In this document: positions 1 through 12,310 of the stretch, in pieces | How the letters are laid out: every line of letters starts with the position of its first letter | Position numbering within the stretch: the first letter of the stretch is position 1 | Source: Octopus sinensis | Taxonomy: Eukaryota | Length of the DNA stretch: 64,000 nt | Direction of reading: 5' to 3' | Assembly (NCBI RefSeq): GCF_006345805.1 | Contig: NC_043012.1 | Coordinates: 35,960,001-36,024,000 of the forward strand | Position numbers and translations under genes: made by a program | The notes under the pieces: model-generated | Told to the model about the DNA's origin: nothing | What the model saw: only the letters and a program-made list of their open reading frames with translations | The model's database searches: none

Positions 1-370
1 TGTGTGTGTGTGTGGTGTGTGTGTGTTGCGTTGTGTGTGTGTGTGTGCGTGTGGTGTGTGTGTGTGTGTGTGCGTGTGTGTGTGTGTGTGTATATATGTG
101 TGTATAAATGATTTTGTATACAACACAATATCATCATGTATGTAGGTTTGTATAAATATAAGTGTGTGTACATACACACGCCACACACACACACTGATAT
201 GTATACTTGTGTACATAAAGATAGATACATCTGCATATATAAATACATGCATGCATACACGTGCACGTGTGTGTACATATATATGTACATAGAATGATAG
301 ACAGACAGACAGACAGTAAGATTGACAGAACGAGGGAAACAAGTTGCAAACACACACACATTTATATGTT

Positions 371-408
<38 letters not shown>

Positions 409-885
409 CACTCACTCATGTGTTGTTGGTTAAAGAGTATATAAGTTTAAGTCAGAAATTAATTGTAAACAGATGGAAATGTTTCGCACGATGCATACAA
501 ATTTAGTGTGTATGCTTCCGTGTGTGATACGTCTGTGAGTGTATAAATATTCATATTATACATGCACACACACACTCACCATCTTCTTCATGTGCATGTT
601 TATACATATATGTATGCCTGTATGTATGTGTGTCTATACACACACTCACACACACATACATATATAAAAATATATGTTATACTTATACGACACACACCTA
701 TACATGCACATAGCACATATATATATATCCATATAACACACAATGTATATATTTTATATATATACATATACATCTATATACATGCATGTATGTATTTGTA
801 TGTACATCTTTCATTGTCTGTCAAGATACACTTTGTATGTACACATGTATCTATGTATGCTTATGTTTATCTCTACCAATATCTA

Positions 886-928
<43 letters not shown>

Positions 929-3082
929 TATATATATACTTACATCATACATACACACACACATATAAACATGCATGTTTTATAGTATATAGACAGACAG
1001 ATGTATTTCATTGTATTCTGGCGGACACACCTATTTCTTTCTAAGTAGATAGACAGATGTCCCAGTCCTGTGTATACAACCATATATATATAAATGTGTG
1101 TGTGTGCATATATATATGTGTGTGTGTGTATGTGTATGTTACAGTATGTAGATGATGCTATGTGTTGCAGTGTACAAAGGTTTACAAAATTATGCAACGG
1201 ATGTTATTCAAGGCACCGGCCCAACTCCGTTTTTCTGATAATAAGACCTACAAAGGACAACGTTATCCAATCGCAGTTCTTTGTTTTTCTTCTGTGTTTA
1301 TAAGTTGGTTTGTCGAATGTTATATGTTGACAAAATGAATCAAAGCAGATTGGTGGTTGGAGATAATACATATAATCTAACCGATTTGTGTTATACAAGG
1401 AGAGCAGGCGGTGGGGAGGGGGTATATGCTCCACCCACCCCATCCTGAAACAAAGGGAATACAAGCCATTTGTGTATACAGTCATGGAACCCTTAAATTC
1501 AACGATTGCAACAACTTGAAAAATCTTATTTTTATTCAAAATACTGCATTATTTTCTGGCTGTAATGTTTCAACAGCTGTCTTCAGTTCTTGTGTCATGT
1601 CTGCTGCAAAACTTGGCAAGATATCTTTCAAGGAATTTTCTCTATGTTGTTGTTGTTGTTGTTGTTCTGTGGTTCTGTGGCAGTGGGTAGGGGTTGGGAA
1701 GGGGTGGGGTGAGGTGGGGGATTATGTCTGCATGATGTAGCAATGGTTTTGTCTTGGGAGAAGAATGTGCTGCCACAGAATACAAAATGCCAGTTGGCTA
1801 GATTTTGGTAAATGTTAGAGAGATAAGGGTGAAGAAGTATGACATGGTTCTGAAATTAGGGTCAGTGGTAAAAGTTCTTCAAATGTTGCCATTGTGATAA
1901 GAAGGGTCGACGGGGTTGGGCAGGGATGGGCAGGATTGGAGGAGAAGGATAAATAGGAGAATTAAGTAAGTTTTAAAGACACTCATCATTGGCAGGAAGT
2001 TAATAGTATTCACAGAAGTAAATTCGGTTCCTCTATGTGTGGTGCCAATGCCAAACATGTGGTTTATATATGGAACACTCAGCTGAGAGAACAGTTCTTA
2101 GATTGGGGATTTGGTACTCAGCTTTTAAAGTAACCCTGAGAAAACAAGCTCACAACTTCTTCCTTTCATAAATGAATGTGATATATTTACTGGTATTATG
2201 TAATTCCGTTAACAGTTGCCATATGTTGGCCTTGGCAAGGGGTACCCTTCCACTCTTTCATCCCTCATAAAAGCTATTATTTTTCTCTCCTTAAACTTCT
2301 GCTCTTGCTATTTACCTTTACTTTGCTGTATTTCTGCAACAAATTTGTGTTTTTTTGTTGCAAGCCACATGGCTGTAACGATACAGTAGAGTAACACATA
2401 CCTGATGGGGTCCGGGTTTGTTGTCAAAAGCAAAAAAAAAGAGAAGCATTTAGCAGTTATTAGAATCAGAGTAGGTGCTGTCGAGGCTGTGTAGTTAGAA
2501 GTTCACTTCCAAACCGCATGGTTTAGGGTTCACTTCCATTGTGCAGCACACCTCAGACAAGTGTGGTGTGTGTTCTGTTATGACCTTCAATTGACCAAAG
2601 CTTTCTGAATGAATTTGGTAGAAAGAAACTGAAAGAAGCCTCTGTGTGTGTCTGGTTACATGTTGCTGTTATTTCCTCTGTTAATGGATCATCCACAGCC
2701 TTTGCACCTTCAAAGACATGTGAGTCAGGCCTTGGCTATTATCATTTTGGCTGCTATTTCTAGTAGGTTGAACCTTTTCAGTGACTCCCTCCTTAGCTCA
2801 GTGGTGTTAAGCAAGGTGGCATATTAGGCCTTCCCTTATTAACATTGCATATTACTTTTAATTGGGGGCTATGACAGACACTGTAAATTACTGGTATTAA
2901 TGGCTGTGGATATTAAGTTACATCCCTTTTGTGTTGTGAGACTTTGAGGGGCCAACTCTATCATTTGTTCTTCTGTGATTGATAGAATATTCACCAGTTA
3001 AGTACTGAGGTTGATTATAACACCTAAACCTCTTCTGCAAGTCAAGAACGTCAAGTATTGAGGAGGAATCTAATATCTGCAC

Positions 3083-3338
3083 CAATGGTTCTCAACCATT
3101 TTTTACCTATGGACCCCTCTGATTTCTGTATTACTCAAGTGGACCCCCATAGCCATTTGATGCTTAAAAAATCTTATTGTATTTTCATCGTTAAATATTA
3201 TTAAAAACTGTACAAAAAATTGTTAAAATATTTTGTGTGTTGTGTAGAATTGTAAGCAATTTTATTGCACAAAAATTTTAGCAACATAATCTTATGTGGA
3301 CCCCTGAGGCCCATATAGACCCCAATTGAAAACCTCTG
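3083..3338 (+). mobile_element. hAT-type MITE
   Basis: Imperfect TIRs caatggttctcaac and attgaaaacctctg (CAGTGGTTCTCAA type), with repeated ggaccc subterminal motifs. No TSD is recognisable. Confidence 0.65.
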
Positions 3339-3413
3339 ACCTTACTCCAACCTGCTAAGAATTTGTGTTTTGGGCCTTGTTTTATAAACCCTTATATTTG
3401 TTTTGTTTTCCAG

Positions 3414-3522
3414 GAGATCAAATTTTAGAATGGAATGGTATTGAATTAACTGGTAAAACTTATGAAGAAGTTCAACAAACAATCTCACATCCAAATGGTG
3501 AGATCGAGCTGGTTGTCCGGCC
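3414..3522 (+). CDS. PCLO: Piccolo-like gene, internal exon: C-terminal half of the PDZ domain
   Basis: Acceptor ttttgttttccag ends at 3413 and donor gtaagt starts at 3523. The 109 nt are entered in phase 1 and left in phase 2. Translation (G)[35 protein letters not shown](P) resembles the vertebrate Piccolo PDZ as recalled ([29 protein letters not shown]) more than RIM. Confidence 0.92.
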
Positions 3523-3569
3523 GTAAGTGGTTTCTTTCTTCACCTCATACACTTTGGGTTTTTTTTTGT

Positions 3570-3900
3570 AATATCTTGATAACTGTAATGTCAGGAGACA
3601 GAGAAGAGTGGTTCCTATTGTTCTCTGTTTTTGTCTTGTACAGAAAGTTATGTTGACTGTACCACAAGGGATACAAAAACTGTTTTGCGATTGAGCAAGA
3701 ACCTTCTCCATAAAGATCTTGGGGATGGTTTACAAGGATTCTTTCAAAAATTTTTCCTCCGATGGTCAACAATGGTATTTCATGATAATGCCCACTTAAT
3801 TTTCCATTTCCTTTCTTGAAGATAGGAAAAGTCTTTTGACAGTCTGCCAAGGGAAGCCATGTTGGATGGCCCCTCAACATTTTGATTGCCCAAACTACTT
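3570..3900 (-). mobile_element. Decayed RTE-like reverse-transcriptase remnant
   Basis: Minus frames give PIFKKGN...HEIPLLTIGGKIFERILVN and EKVLAQSQNSF..CGTVNITFCTRQ, corresponding to RT domains 1-2. Confidence 0.65.
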
Positions 3901-3947
3901 CACCCCATGCGTTCATGTGTTGTTTGATTTTACATAAGATGTTTTAA

Positions 3948-4163
3948 GGTGGTGAGCTGGCAGAATCATTAGCACGCCGGGTGAAATGCTTAGCGGTATT
4001 TCGCCTGTCGTTACGTTCCGAGTTCAAATTCCACTGAGGTCAACTTTGCTTTCATCCTTTCAGGGTCAATAAATTAAGCACCATTTGAGTACTGAGGTCA
4101 ATGTGATCGACTGTCCCTGTCCCCACAAAATCCAGGCCATGTGCCTTTAGTAGAAAGGATTAT
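3948..4163 (+). mobile_element. SINE family A (tRNA-like head, central ctttgcctttcatcc..gggtcgataaa domain, (TTA)n-type tail)
   Basis: ggtgagctggcagaatcattagc...gagttcaaattcc (B box)...gtgcctttagtagaaaggattat. At least ten related copies occur in the window. Confidence 0.85.
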
Positions 4164-5304
4164 ATAAGATGCTTTCCATTAACAAACTCTCAACCCACTT
4201 CCTGGTTATATGTGGGTTGAAGAAGGGTTACATTCTTCTACATATGCTTCACACCTGGCTTAGTGGTTAAGGTATATGGCTCACAATATTAAGGTCATGA
4301 GTTCAATTCCTGGTGGTATATTGTGTCTTGAGCAAGACAATTAATTTCATGTTTCTCCAGCCCACTCAGTTGGTAAATTTGTGTTGTACCTGTAATTCAT
4401 AAGGGCCAGCCTTGCCATATTTTGTGTCACGTTAAATCTTCCTGTCTATGGAGTACTCAACCACTTACACTTTAATTTCACAATCAGGCTTTTCTGTTAG
4501 TCATACCAACTGGAACACTTGTTGTCATAACCAACAGAGTGCCAGGCAGGCTGCACCCCCTATTTTTGTCAGTGATGCATTTTGAATTTCCTCCAGACTA
4601 CTCAGGGGTTGACATCAGATTTTCTTTTGATGGTGATCAATAGAACATAACCAGATTCCAGCCTCATTGATTTACCAGTGTCCAACACATCTCACAGCTT
4701 TAATACACATTGACAATGCCATCCTCTGTCACAACAGGAATTCCTGAAGTCAGTCAACAACCTCATCAATGTCTATGACTATTTTGGCTCCAACTCTGAA
4801 TATCAGAAAGATCCAGGAATTTGCCCAACCTGCTCCAAAGTTCAACTGCCATGATTTCAGCATCATCATCTTTGATACAGCTTTCCACCAACCACTTTCC
4901 CTACTTTGGAAGCTTTTTTTTTTTTCTTCTGAAAAACAAAATTTGAAAAGAAATGTGGAACACATAATTAGATCCACTGATTCAGTATTTGGAAACTGGC
5001 AAAAAAAAAAAAGCCTTTAAGAACAAAGACCAAAGCCAAAAGAATGAGACTAACGGTTTATCAAGCTATTGTCATTTCAGTATTATTACACAGTTGTGAA
5101 AGATGAGCACTTTATTGTTGGAACATCAAAAAGATGGAGTTTTTCACTCAACAAAAGCTCAGTGCCATCTTTAATATCAAATGGGAGGATTTCCTAGCCA
5201 ATAATGATGTTCTAGAAAGAAAAACAAACACACATGAAACATAGAAGCAAGTAAAGTGAAGTGCTGGGTAAAATGGTTAGGACATGAGGTTAGAAAATGG
5301 CAAA

Positions 5305-5503
5305 CCAGCAGAATCATTAAGATGCCAGACAAAATGCTTAGCAGCATTTCGTCTGCTCTGAGTTCAATTTCTACTTTGGTTGACTTTGCCTTTCATCCTT
5401 TTGGGCTCGATAAAATAAGTACCAGTTGAGTACTGGAGGTCAATGTACTTGACTTAGCCCCTGCCCTGAAATTGCTGGCCTTGTGCCAAAATTTGAAACC
5501 ATT
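5305..5503 (+). mobile_element. SINE family A copy
   Basis: gcagaatcattaag...gagttcaatttc...gactttgcctttcatcc...ggccttgtgccaaaatttgaaacc. Confidence 0.8.
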
Positions 5504-5798
5504 GTTATAACTCAGGTTCAGTCTTGTTCCTGATAGGATTTTTGTGGGTAGTGGGTTACTACTTGGAGCCTTAGGCAGTCTTTCAAGTGCTTAGAACCTT
5601 CCTGATAAACCTTGCTACCCTTAGAGACAAACTTTCTGTCAGAGCTCTACAGGGCAGTCTATTTCAGTGTCCTTCAGCCATTTGAGCATATCTTTGTTTA
5701 CTGTTCCCAACGCACCAATTATTATAGGCACAACCTAAATCCTTATGGTTAATAAAGAAATCATTATTATTATTATTATTATTATAATTATTATTATT

Positions 5799-6203
5799 GC
5801 CTTTGCACAGCTTCTAACAGTGGAGATGTATTATAGTGTCAGCTTTTCACTACCAGTGAACTAAGGTAACACCTATTATTTTTCGAGCACCTTCCGGAGT
5901 ATTCAAGCGGTTCCAAGCAGTGCTGTTTTCTGCAGGTGCTCCACCCTTATTGCAATCCCTATTTGTTCCATGTACTTCTCAAGATTTTTATTCACTCTTC
6001 CCAGGGCTCTGACAATTATTGGTACTACTACCACCTTTTTTCATCAACCAAAACTGCTTAACTTCCCAAGCTAACCTGTCATATCTCTCGACTTTTCTTT
6101 CTTCCATGTCGCATACCTTGTTGTCAGCTGGGCATGCTATGTCTATGATCCAGCATAGTTTGTTTTCTTTCTCAATGAAGACTATGTCTAGCTTCCTATT
6201 CTC
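5799..6203 (-). mobile_element. 3' fragment of an R4/Dong-like RLE element
   Basis: The minus strand reads ENRKLDIVFIEKENKLCWIIDIACPADNKV..EERKVERYDRLAWEVK..VPIIVRALG..LQKTALLGTA*ILRKVLE, flanked by (TTA)n on both sides. Confidence 0.82.
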
Positions 6204-6236
<33 letters not shown>

Positions 6237-6331
6237 ATATTATCATCATAAAAAGCAAAATATAGTTAATTCCTGGCTAACTTAGTGTGTGATGGTCCCT
6301 TAACCCCAGATTTATTTTTTTCTCATTTCAG

Positions 6332-6444
6332 AGGCACCAAATTATGTCCAAAAGACGGAGAAGGTGGAAACCTTCAAGATGGAAGTTGTCATTCGTCTTA
6401 CGATAACCTGGAATATATCAGCGACGATGATGATGATGAATATG
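6332..6444 (+). CDS. PCLO: Piccolo-like gene, acidic linker exon after PDZ
   Basis: Acceptor ttttttctcatttcag and donor gtacgt. The 113 nt run phase 2 to phase 1 and are open in the frame set by the PDZ exon: (P)GTKLCPKDGEGGNLQDGSCHSSYDNLEYISDDDDDEY. Support is splice signals and phase only, with no recognisable homology. Confidence 0.75.
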
Positions 6445-6812
6445 GTACGTATGATACTTACTTAGTCCTTCACCTCCCCTCCACACGCACCACACTATGC
6501 CACCTCGATGGCTCCCCCAGGTGTCATTTTTGTAACATAACATTATTTGTATTTATAATTATTATCATTCATTAATGTCCACTATTATTATTATTTGTCA
6601 CTGTCTTTGTTAATCCATCCATGACATCCCATCATATTAGTTGACCCAGTTCAGGCCCTCAAGCTCTTTGTTAATGGTCAGCTTCTTTAGAATTAAGATT
6701 AGCCGAGAGGTTGGTGTAACACCTTTGTGTTGATTTGATCAAAGGGACTTTCTCTTTTGTAGCTGTCTTTGATTCTTTGGTCAATATATTGTGTGATCTA
6801 CTCACACACACG

Positions 6813-6843
<31 letters not shown>

Positions 6844-7027
6844 ACACACATATAGCTGCCTACATGTGTGCGTATATGTGATGGAGACATATAACTGTGT
6901 TTCTGTGTGATGAAAGTGTATAACAGTGAGTGTGTATATATGTGACATAGGTGTTTAGCTGTGTGTATCTGCAGATCTATGTTTGTGTGTTGAGTGTTCA
7001 AATCTGATATATGTATATTAGCATGTC

Positions 7028-7116
7028 TATGTATGTATGTATGTATGTATGTATGCATGTATGTATGTATATATGTATGTAATGCATGTATGTATGTATA
7101 TATGTATGTATGTATG

Positions 7117-7147
<31 letters not shown>

Positions 7148-7409
7148 ATATGTATGTATGTATGCATGTATGTATGTATATATGTATGTATGTATGTATA
7201 TATGTATGTATGTATGTAGTATGTATGTATGTATGCATGTATGTATGTATGTAGTATGTATGTATGTATTATGTATGTATGTATTGTATGTATGTATGTA
7301 TGTATGTATTATGTATGTATGTATGTATGTATGTATGTATGCATGTATGTATGTATGATTGTATGTATGTATGTATGTATGTATGTATGTATCTATGTAT
7401 GTATGTATG

Positions 7410-7443
<34 letters not shown>

Positions 7444-7505
7444 TGTATGTATGTATGTATGTATGTATGTATGTATGTATGTATGTATGTATGTATGTAT
7501 GTATG

Positions 7506-7536
<31 letters not shown>

Positions 7537-7713
7537 ATATGTATGCATGTATGTATGTATGTATGTATGTATGTATGTATGTATGTATGCATGTATGTAT
7601 GTATGTATGTATGTATGTATGCATGTATGTATGTATGTATGTATGCATGTATGTATGTATGATTGTATGTATGTATGTATGTATGTATGTATGTATCTAT
7701 GTATGTATGTATG

Positions 7714-7747
<34 letters not shown>

Positions 7748-7873
7748 TGTATGTATGTATGCATGTATGTATGTATGTATGTATGTATGTATGTATGTAT
7801 GTATGTATGTATGTATGTATGCATGTATGTATGTATGTATGTATGCATGTATGTATGTATATATGTATGTATG

Positions 7874-7907
<34 letters not shown>

Positions 7908-7933
7908 TGTATGTATGTATGCATGTATGTATG

Positions 7934-7967
<34 letters not shown>

Positions 7968-8077
7968 TGTATGTATGTATGCATGCATGCATGTATGTAT
8001 GTATGTATGTATGTATGTATGTATGTATGTATGTATGTATGTATGCATGTATGTATGTATATATGTATGTATGTATG

Positions 8078-8111
<34 letters not shown>

Positions 8112-8155
8112 TGTATGCATGTATGTATGTATGTATGTATGTATGTATGTATGTA

Positions 8156-8157
<2 letters not shown>
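7028..8157. repeat. About 1.1-kb (ATGT)n tetranucleotide array with variant units
   Basis: Continuous atgt units interspersed with gcat, atat, atct and gatt variants. Confidence 0.97.
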
Positions 8158-8191
<34 letters not shown>

Positions 8192-8261
8192 ACTTTTGAT
8201 ATGTACCAACACACAAAAATCTTGGCCCCTGAGTTATGTAACTTCTACCAATTATTGATAA

Positions 8262-8318
<57 letters not shown>

Positions 8319-8320
<2 letters not shown>

Positions 8321-8546
8321 TGGCCGATGCCAAACCCCTCTGGCACCTGTGCAGGTGGCACGTAAAAAACACCCACTACACTCGCGGAGTGGTTGGCGTT
8401 AGGAAGGGCATCCAGCTGGTAGAAACACTGCCAGACTAGACTGGAGCCTGGGGCAGTCCCTAGCTCCCCAGACCCCGGTCGAAACCGTCCAACCCGTGCT
8501 AGCGCGGAAAACGGACGTTAAACGATGATGATGATGATGATGATGA
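8319..8546 (+). mobile_element. 5'-truncated RTE 3'-end copy inserted in (TA)n
   Basis: Matches LINE 3' UTR 47490-47746 (ggtggcacgtaaaa..acccactacactc..ggagtggttggcgttaggaagggcatccagc...acggacgttaaacgatgatg). Confidence 0.9.
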
Positions 8547-9160
8547 TATATATATACACTCGTGTTTTGAGATCTATTTTCCTATTTACTTCACCAAACC
8601 TACTCCGTGTGTGTGTATCAGTCTCCATGTATATGTAACGTGCATATATATATTTGTGCGTGTGTGTGTGTATCAGTCTGCATGTATATGCAATGTGCAT
8701 ATACATCTGTGTGCATGTGTGTGTGTCTGTGTGTATGTATCTCACATATATGTGGGTATGCCACACAATAATAGCAATGACGAAGTAAATAATGCATAAA
8801 GCATTGTAAAATAAAATCCATAGAATACGAAACAACTTTATCATATCCCACGATTATTGATTTGTTATAAACATTATCCCATGCCACAGCTAGAGATGAT
8901 GGAGATATTTGTGAAGATACGAAATAAGTGAATCCAGCTGTAAATGATACAGCATGTAGATATCCTGGGTTAAAATGCCCTTAGATTGAGAGAAAGTTGA
9001 AGGCTACATGTGGGATTGAAATCTGCTTGTTATACTACGCAACTGTAAATATTGCTACCAAAGTTCAACTTGTTATGAAGCTTCTCCACTCTGACTGCCA
9101 TAGATATGCAGGGGATAATGCACACACATTCATGTATCTCTTTTTTTCCTCTTTTATTTT

Positions 9161-9196
9161 TCTTTTGATGAAGGACTAGCATCCAAAACGTCAAGA
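9161..9196 (+). ncRNA. Degenerate minimal hammerhead motif
   Basis: TCTT-tTGATGA-A-GGA ctagca TCC-aAAA-CGT-C-AAGA. Stems I-III and the GUC site are intact, but C3 is changed to U and G12 to A. Confidence 0.45.
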
Positions 9197-9257
9197 CTCT
9201 TTCCCTTCTTATTAAGTGTTACACTGGCCTTCTATACATATATGCATATATATATAT

Positions 9258-9303
<46 letters not shown>

Positions 9304-9810
9304 GAACTCTCCTGTTGTTAGATGACATGAGGATTTGACAATTTCTTAGCAAACAACCACACACAGGTGATTTGTTTATAGTGATCAAATGTTTGTGTAG
9401 ACATAAGCTCACTCCTTCCATCAGATTGACATTACCTGTACAGGTGCAAGGGGTGCCACATGTCAGGTGACGAAATGATCGCAGAGCAACGTGAAATGAA
9501 GTACTCTGCTCATGGCATTAAGTCGGTAATTTCAGGGGAGAGAGAGAAAGTCAATTACACCAACCCCAGTAGTCTACTGGTACTTATTTTATCGACCCTG
9601 ACAAAAACACGGTTAAGCATTTTACCCAGAATGCTAACAATGTGGGGACTTACATATAAGGAGATGATAAAATAAATAAATAAGCAAAAAAATATGCACA
9701 GTATACAGTGAAAAGGAAGGGAAATATACTTAGTATACAAAGATAAACTGGAAAAAGGGGGTGGAGGATGATAGAGTTGTAGTCCTCAATAATAATAATA
9801 ATGATGATAA

Positions 9811-10210
9811 TCATCATCGTTTAGCAACTGCTTTCCATGCTGGCATGGGTTGGACGGTTCAACTGGGGTCTGGGAAGCCAGGAGGCTGCACCAGGCCCAG
9901 TCTGATCTGGCAGTGTTTCTATGGCTGGATGCCCTTCCTAATGCCAACCACTCCGTGAGTGTAGTGGGTGTTCTTTACGTGCCACCGGCACAGGTGCCAG
10001 ACAAAGCTGGCAAACGGCCACGATCGGATGGTGCTTTTTATATGCCACCGGCATGGGGGCCAGGCCAGGCTGGCAACGGCCACGAACAGATGGTGCTTTT
10101 TATATGCCACCGGCATGGGGGCCAGGCCAGGCTGGCAACGGCCACGAACGGATGGTGCTTTTTACGTGTCACCGGCATGGGGGCCAGTCGGGGCGGCGCT
10201 GGCAACGGCC
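9811..10210 (-). mobile_element. RTE 3'-end copy with an internal 62-bp tandem expansion
   Basis: Reverse complement of the LINE 3' UTR. The unit gatggtgcttttta recurs at 10027, 10089 and 10151. Confidence 0.9.
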
Positions 10211-10211
10211 T

Positions 10212-10258
<47 letters not shown>

Positions 10259-10274
10259 TAATAATAATAGTAAT

Positions 10275-10624
10275 AAATATGACAACGTGTCTCTAAAAGA
10301 AATGGAGAAACTCTCAAAATACAAAGACCTGGAAATAGAGGTAACTAGAATGTGGAATCTGAAAACAGAAACAATTCCTATCATAGCAGGTGCATTAGGC
10401 ATGATAAAAAAATATTCAGACAAATACATAACAAAAACACCAGGACTTACAAACACATATAACATACAGAAAATTGCACTACTAGGCACTGCACACATCC
10501 TACGCAGAACACTTTCCATACAATAACCATCAGAGCATCACAACAAATCACAGCACATACCCAAGGCACACAGAGCTGCGCTCGGTAGTGAAGTGAAAGC
10601 ACGCTATAAAAATAAAACTACTGA
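10275..10624 (+). mobile_element. 3' fragment of an R4/Dong-like RLE element
   Basis: KEMEKLSKYKDLEIEVTRMWNLKTETIPIIAGALG...QKIALLGTAHILRRTL, followed by a short 3' UTR and flanked by (TAA)n. Confidence 0.85.
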
Positions 10625-11099
10625 ATAATGATAATAATAGTAATAATAATGATTTCATTTATTTGCCACAAGGGAGGGCAATGAGTGGGAAAAAGGATTT
10701 GTTATTTTGACTTGATTAGTGGATAACGAGTTAAATATATAAAATCAGAAATGTTATGCATAGATAAGATATGGATTGAGATGAAAGGAAGGAGATGTAA
10801 GTGGTATGATGATGATGATGATGATGATGATATGATAGTGGTGGTGGTGGAGTTGGTGGCGGCGGCAGTGGTGGTGGTGGTGGTGGCGGTGGCAGTGGTG
10901 AGGTTTAGCTTCAAGTCAACTCAAACAGAGCGAACTTCTGACCATCAACATTCCAAACATGACCATTGCACTTTTTTAAGCGTATCTAAGACTACATTAC
11001 AGAATGCATCCCTTCCTCATTCTAAACAGTGGAGTGTGTTTAGACTGCTGTTTCTAGCAAGTGAGTGACCACTTGGAAGTGCAATCATTTGTTCAAAAC

Positions 11100-12310
11100 A
11101 GGGGGATGTTGATGTTGTTGTGATGTTGATGGTGGTGGTGGTGATGGTAGTGGTGATGGTGGCGGTGGTGGTGGTAGTGGTGGTGATGGTGGTGGTGGTG
11201 GTGGTGGTGGTGGTGGTGGTGGTGGTGGTGGTGCTCTAATAAGAATGGTGATAGACTCCCTTTTAAGCTGAAATCACACAACACAAGCTTAACCCAGTTA
11301 AACTCTGAGTTCAAATTCCGGTGTCTTCCCATCAGGTAAGTACTGTAGGGAATGGGGGGGGGGGGTGAGAAAGGGTCGCTTGGGTGGTGGTGGTAACACT
11401 CATTAATCATTGATTTTCTTCAACATCATCATCATCATCATTTCACTGGTGATTGCTTTTGTTGTTGTTGTTCTTCTTCATGTTGTTGTAATGTTTTTCA
11501 TAACCTTGGTGCTGTTGTTGTTTTGATGCTGTTGGGTCATAGTCATGATGATGATGATGATAATGGTGGCGGTGGTGGTGATGGTGATGGTGATGGTGAT
11601 GATGGTAATGATTGTGGTGGTGGTGGTGGTGGTGATTGTGGTGGTGGTGGTGATGGTAACAATCATGATGGTAGTTATGGAATGTGATGATGTTGACAAC
11701 AATGACAACAGCAATGATGATGAGGAGGAGGAGCAGAAGGAAGCTGATCATTGATGATGATGATGGCGTTATTTGTGGTGATGGTGGTGGTGGTGATTGT
11801 GGTGGTGGTGGTGATGGTGCTGGTGGTGGTTGTGGTGATGGCGATGATGATAATGATGATGATGGCAATGATTGTGGTGGTGGTGGTGGTGGTGGTGATG
11901 GTACTGGTTGTTGTTGTTGTGGTGGTGGTGGTGGTGATAATGCTGCTGCTGCTGATGATGATGCGCTGTTAGTGTTAGTCATTGTTGTTGTTGTTGTTGA
12001 TGATGATGATGATGGCAATGGTGGTAGTAGTGATCATGGTGATGCTCTTGATAATGGTGATGAGGAGGGTTATAATGATGATGACGACAAGGAGGAGGTG
12101 AAGGTGGAAGGAGGAGGTGAAGGTGGAAGGAGGAGAGTGACAATGATTGTAATGAGTACGATGGTGATGATGATGATGATGATGATGATGTGGTGACAAT
12201 AGTGACTATGTTGATGATGACGATGATGACAATGATGATGATGATGAGGATGATGATGATGATGATGGAGGTGGCAAAGGTGGCAATGATGACTGGTGAT
12301 GGTGATGAAA
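11100..12310. repeat. Compound (GGT)/(GAT)/(GTT) trinucleotide low-complexity block
   Basis: This block is the source of the poly-His, poly-Val and poly-Met ORFs. Confidence 0.9.

Noticed and set aside
1684-1722. G-quadruplex motifs here and at about 54316-54343
   Set aside because: They are simple G/T-rich low-complexity sequence, common in this genome, with no specific context.
1200-2400. Upstream PDZ exon or a decayed LINE
   Set aside because: No frame resembles the N-terminal PDZ half with usable splice sites, and the possible LINE remnant is too degraded to call.
6998-8372. ORFs up to 378 aa on both strands
   Set aside because: They are entirely (ATGT)n and open in all frames by composition.
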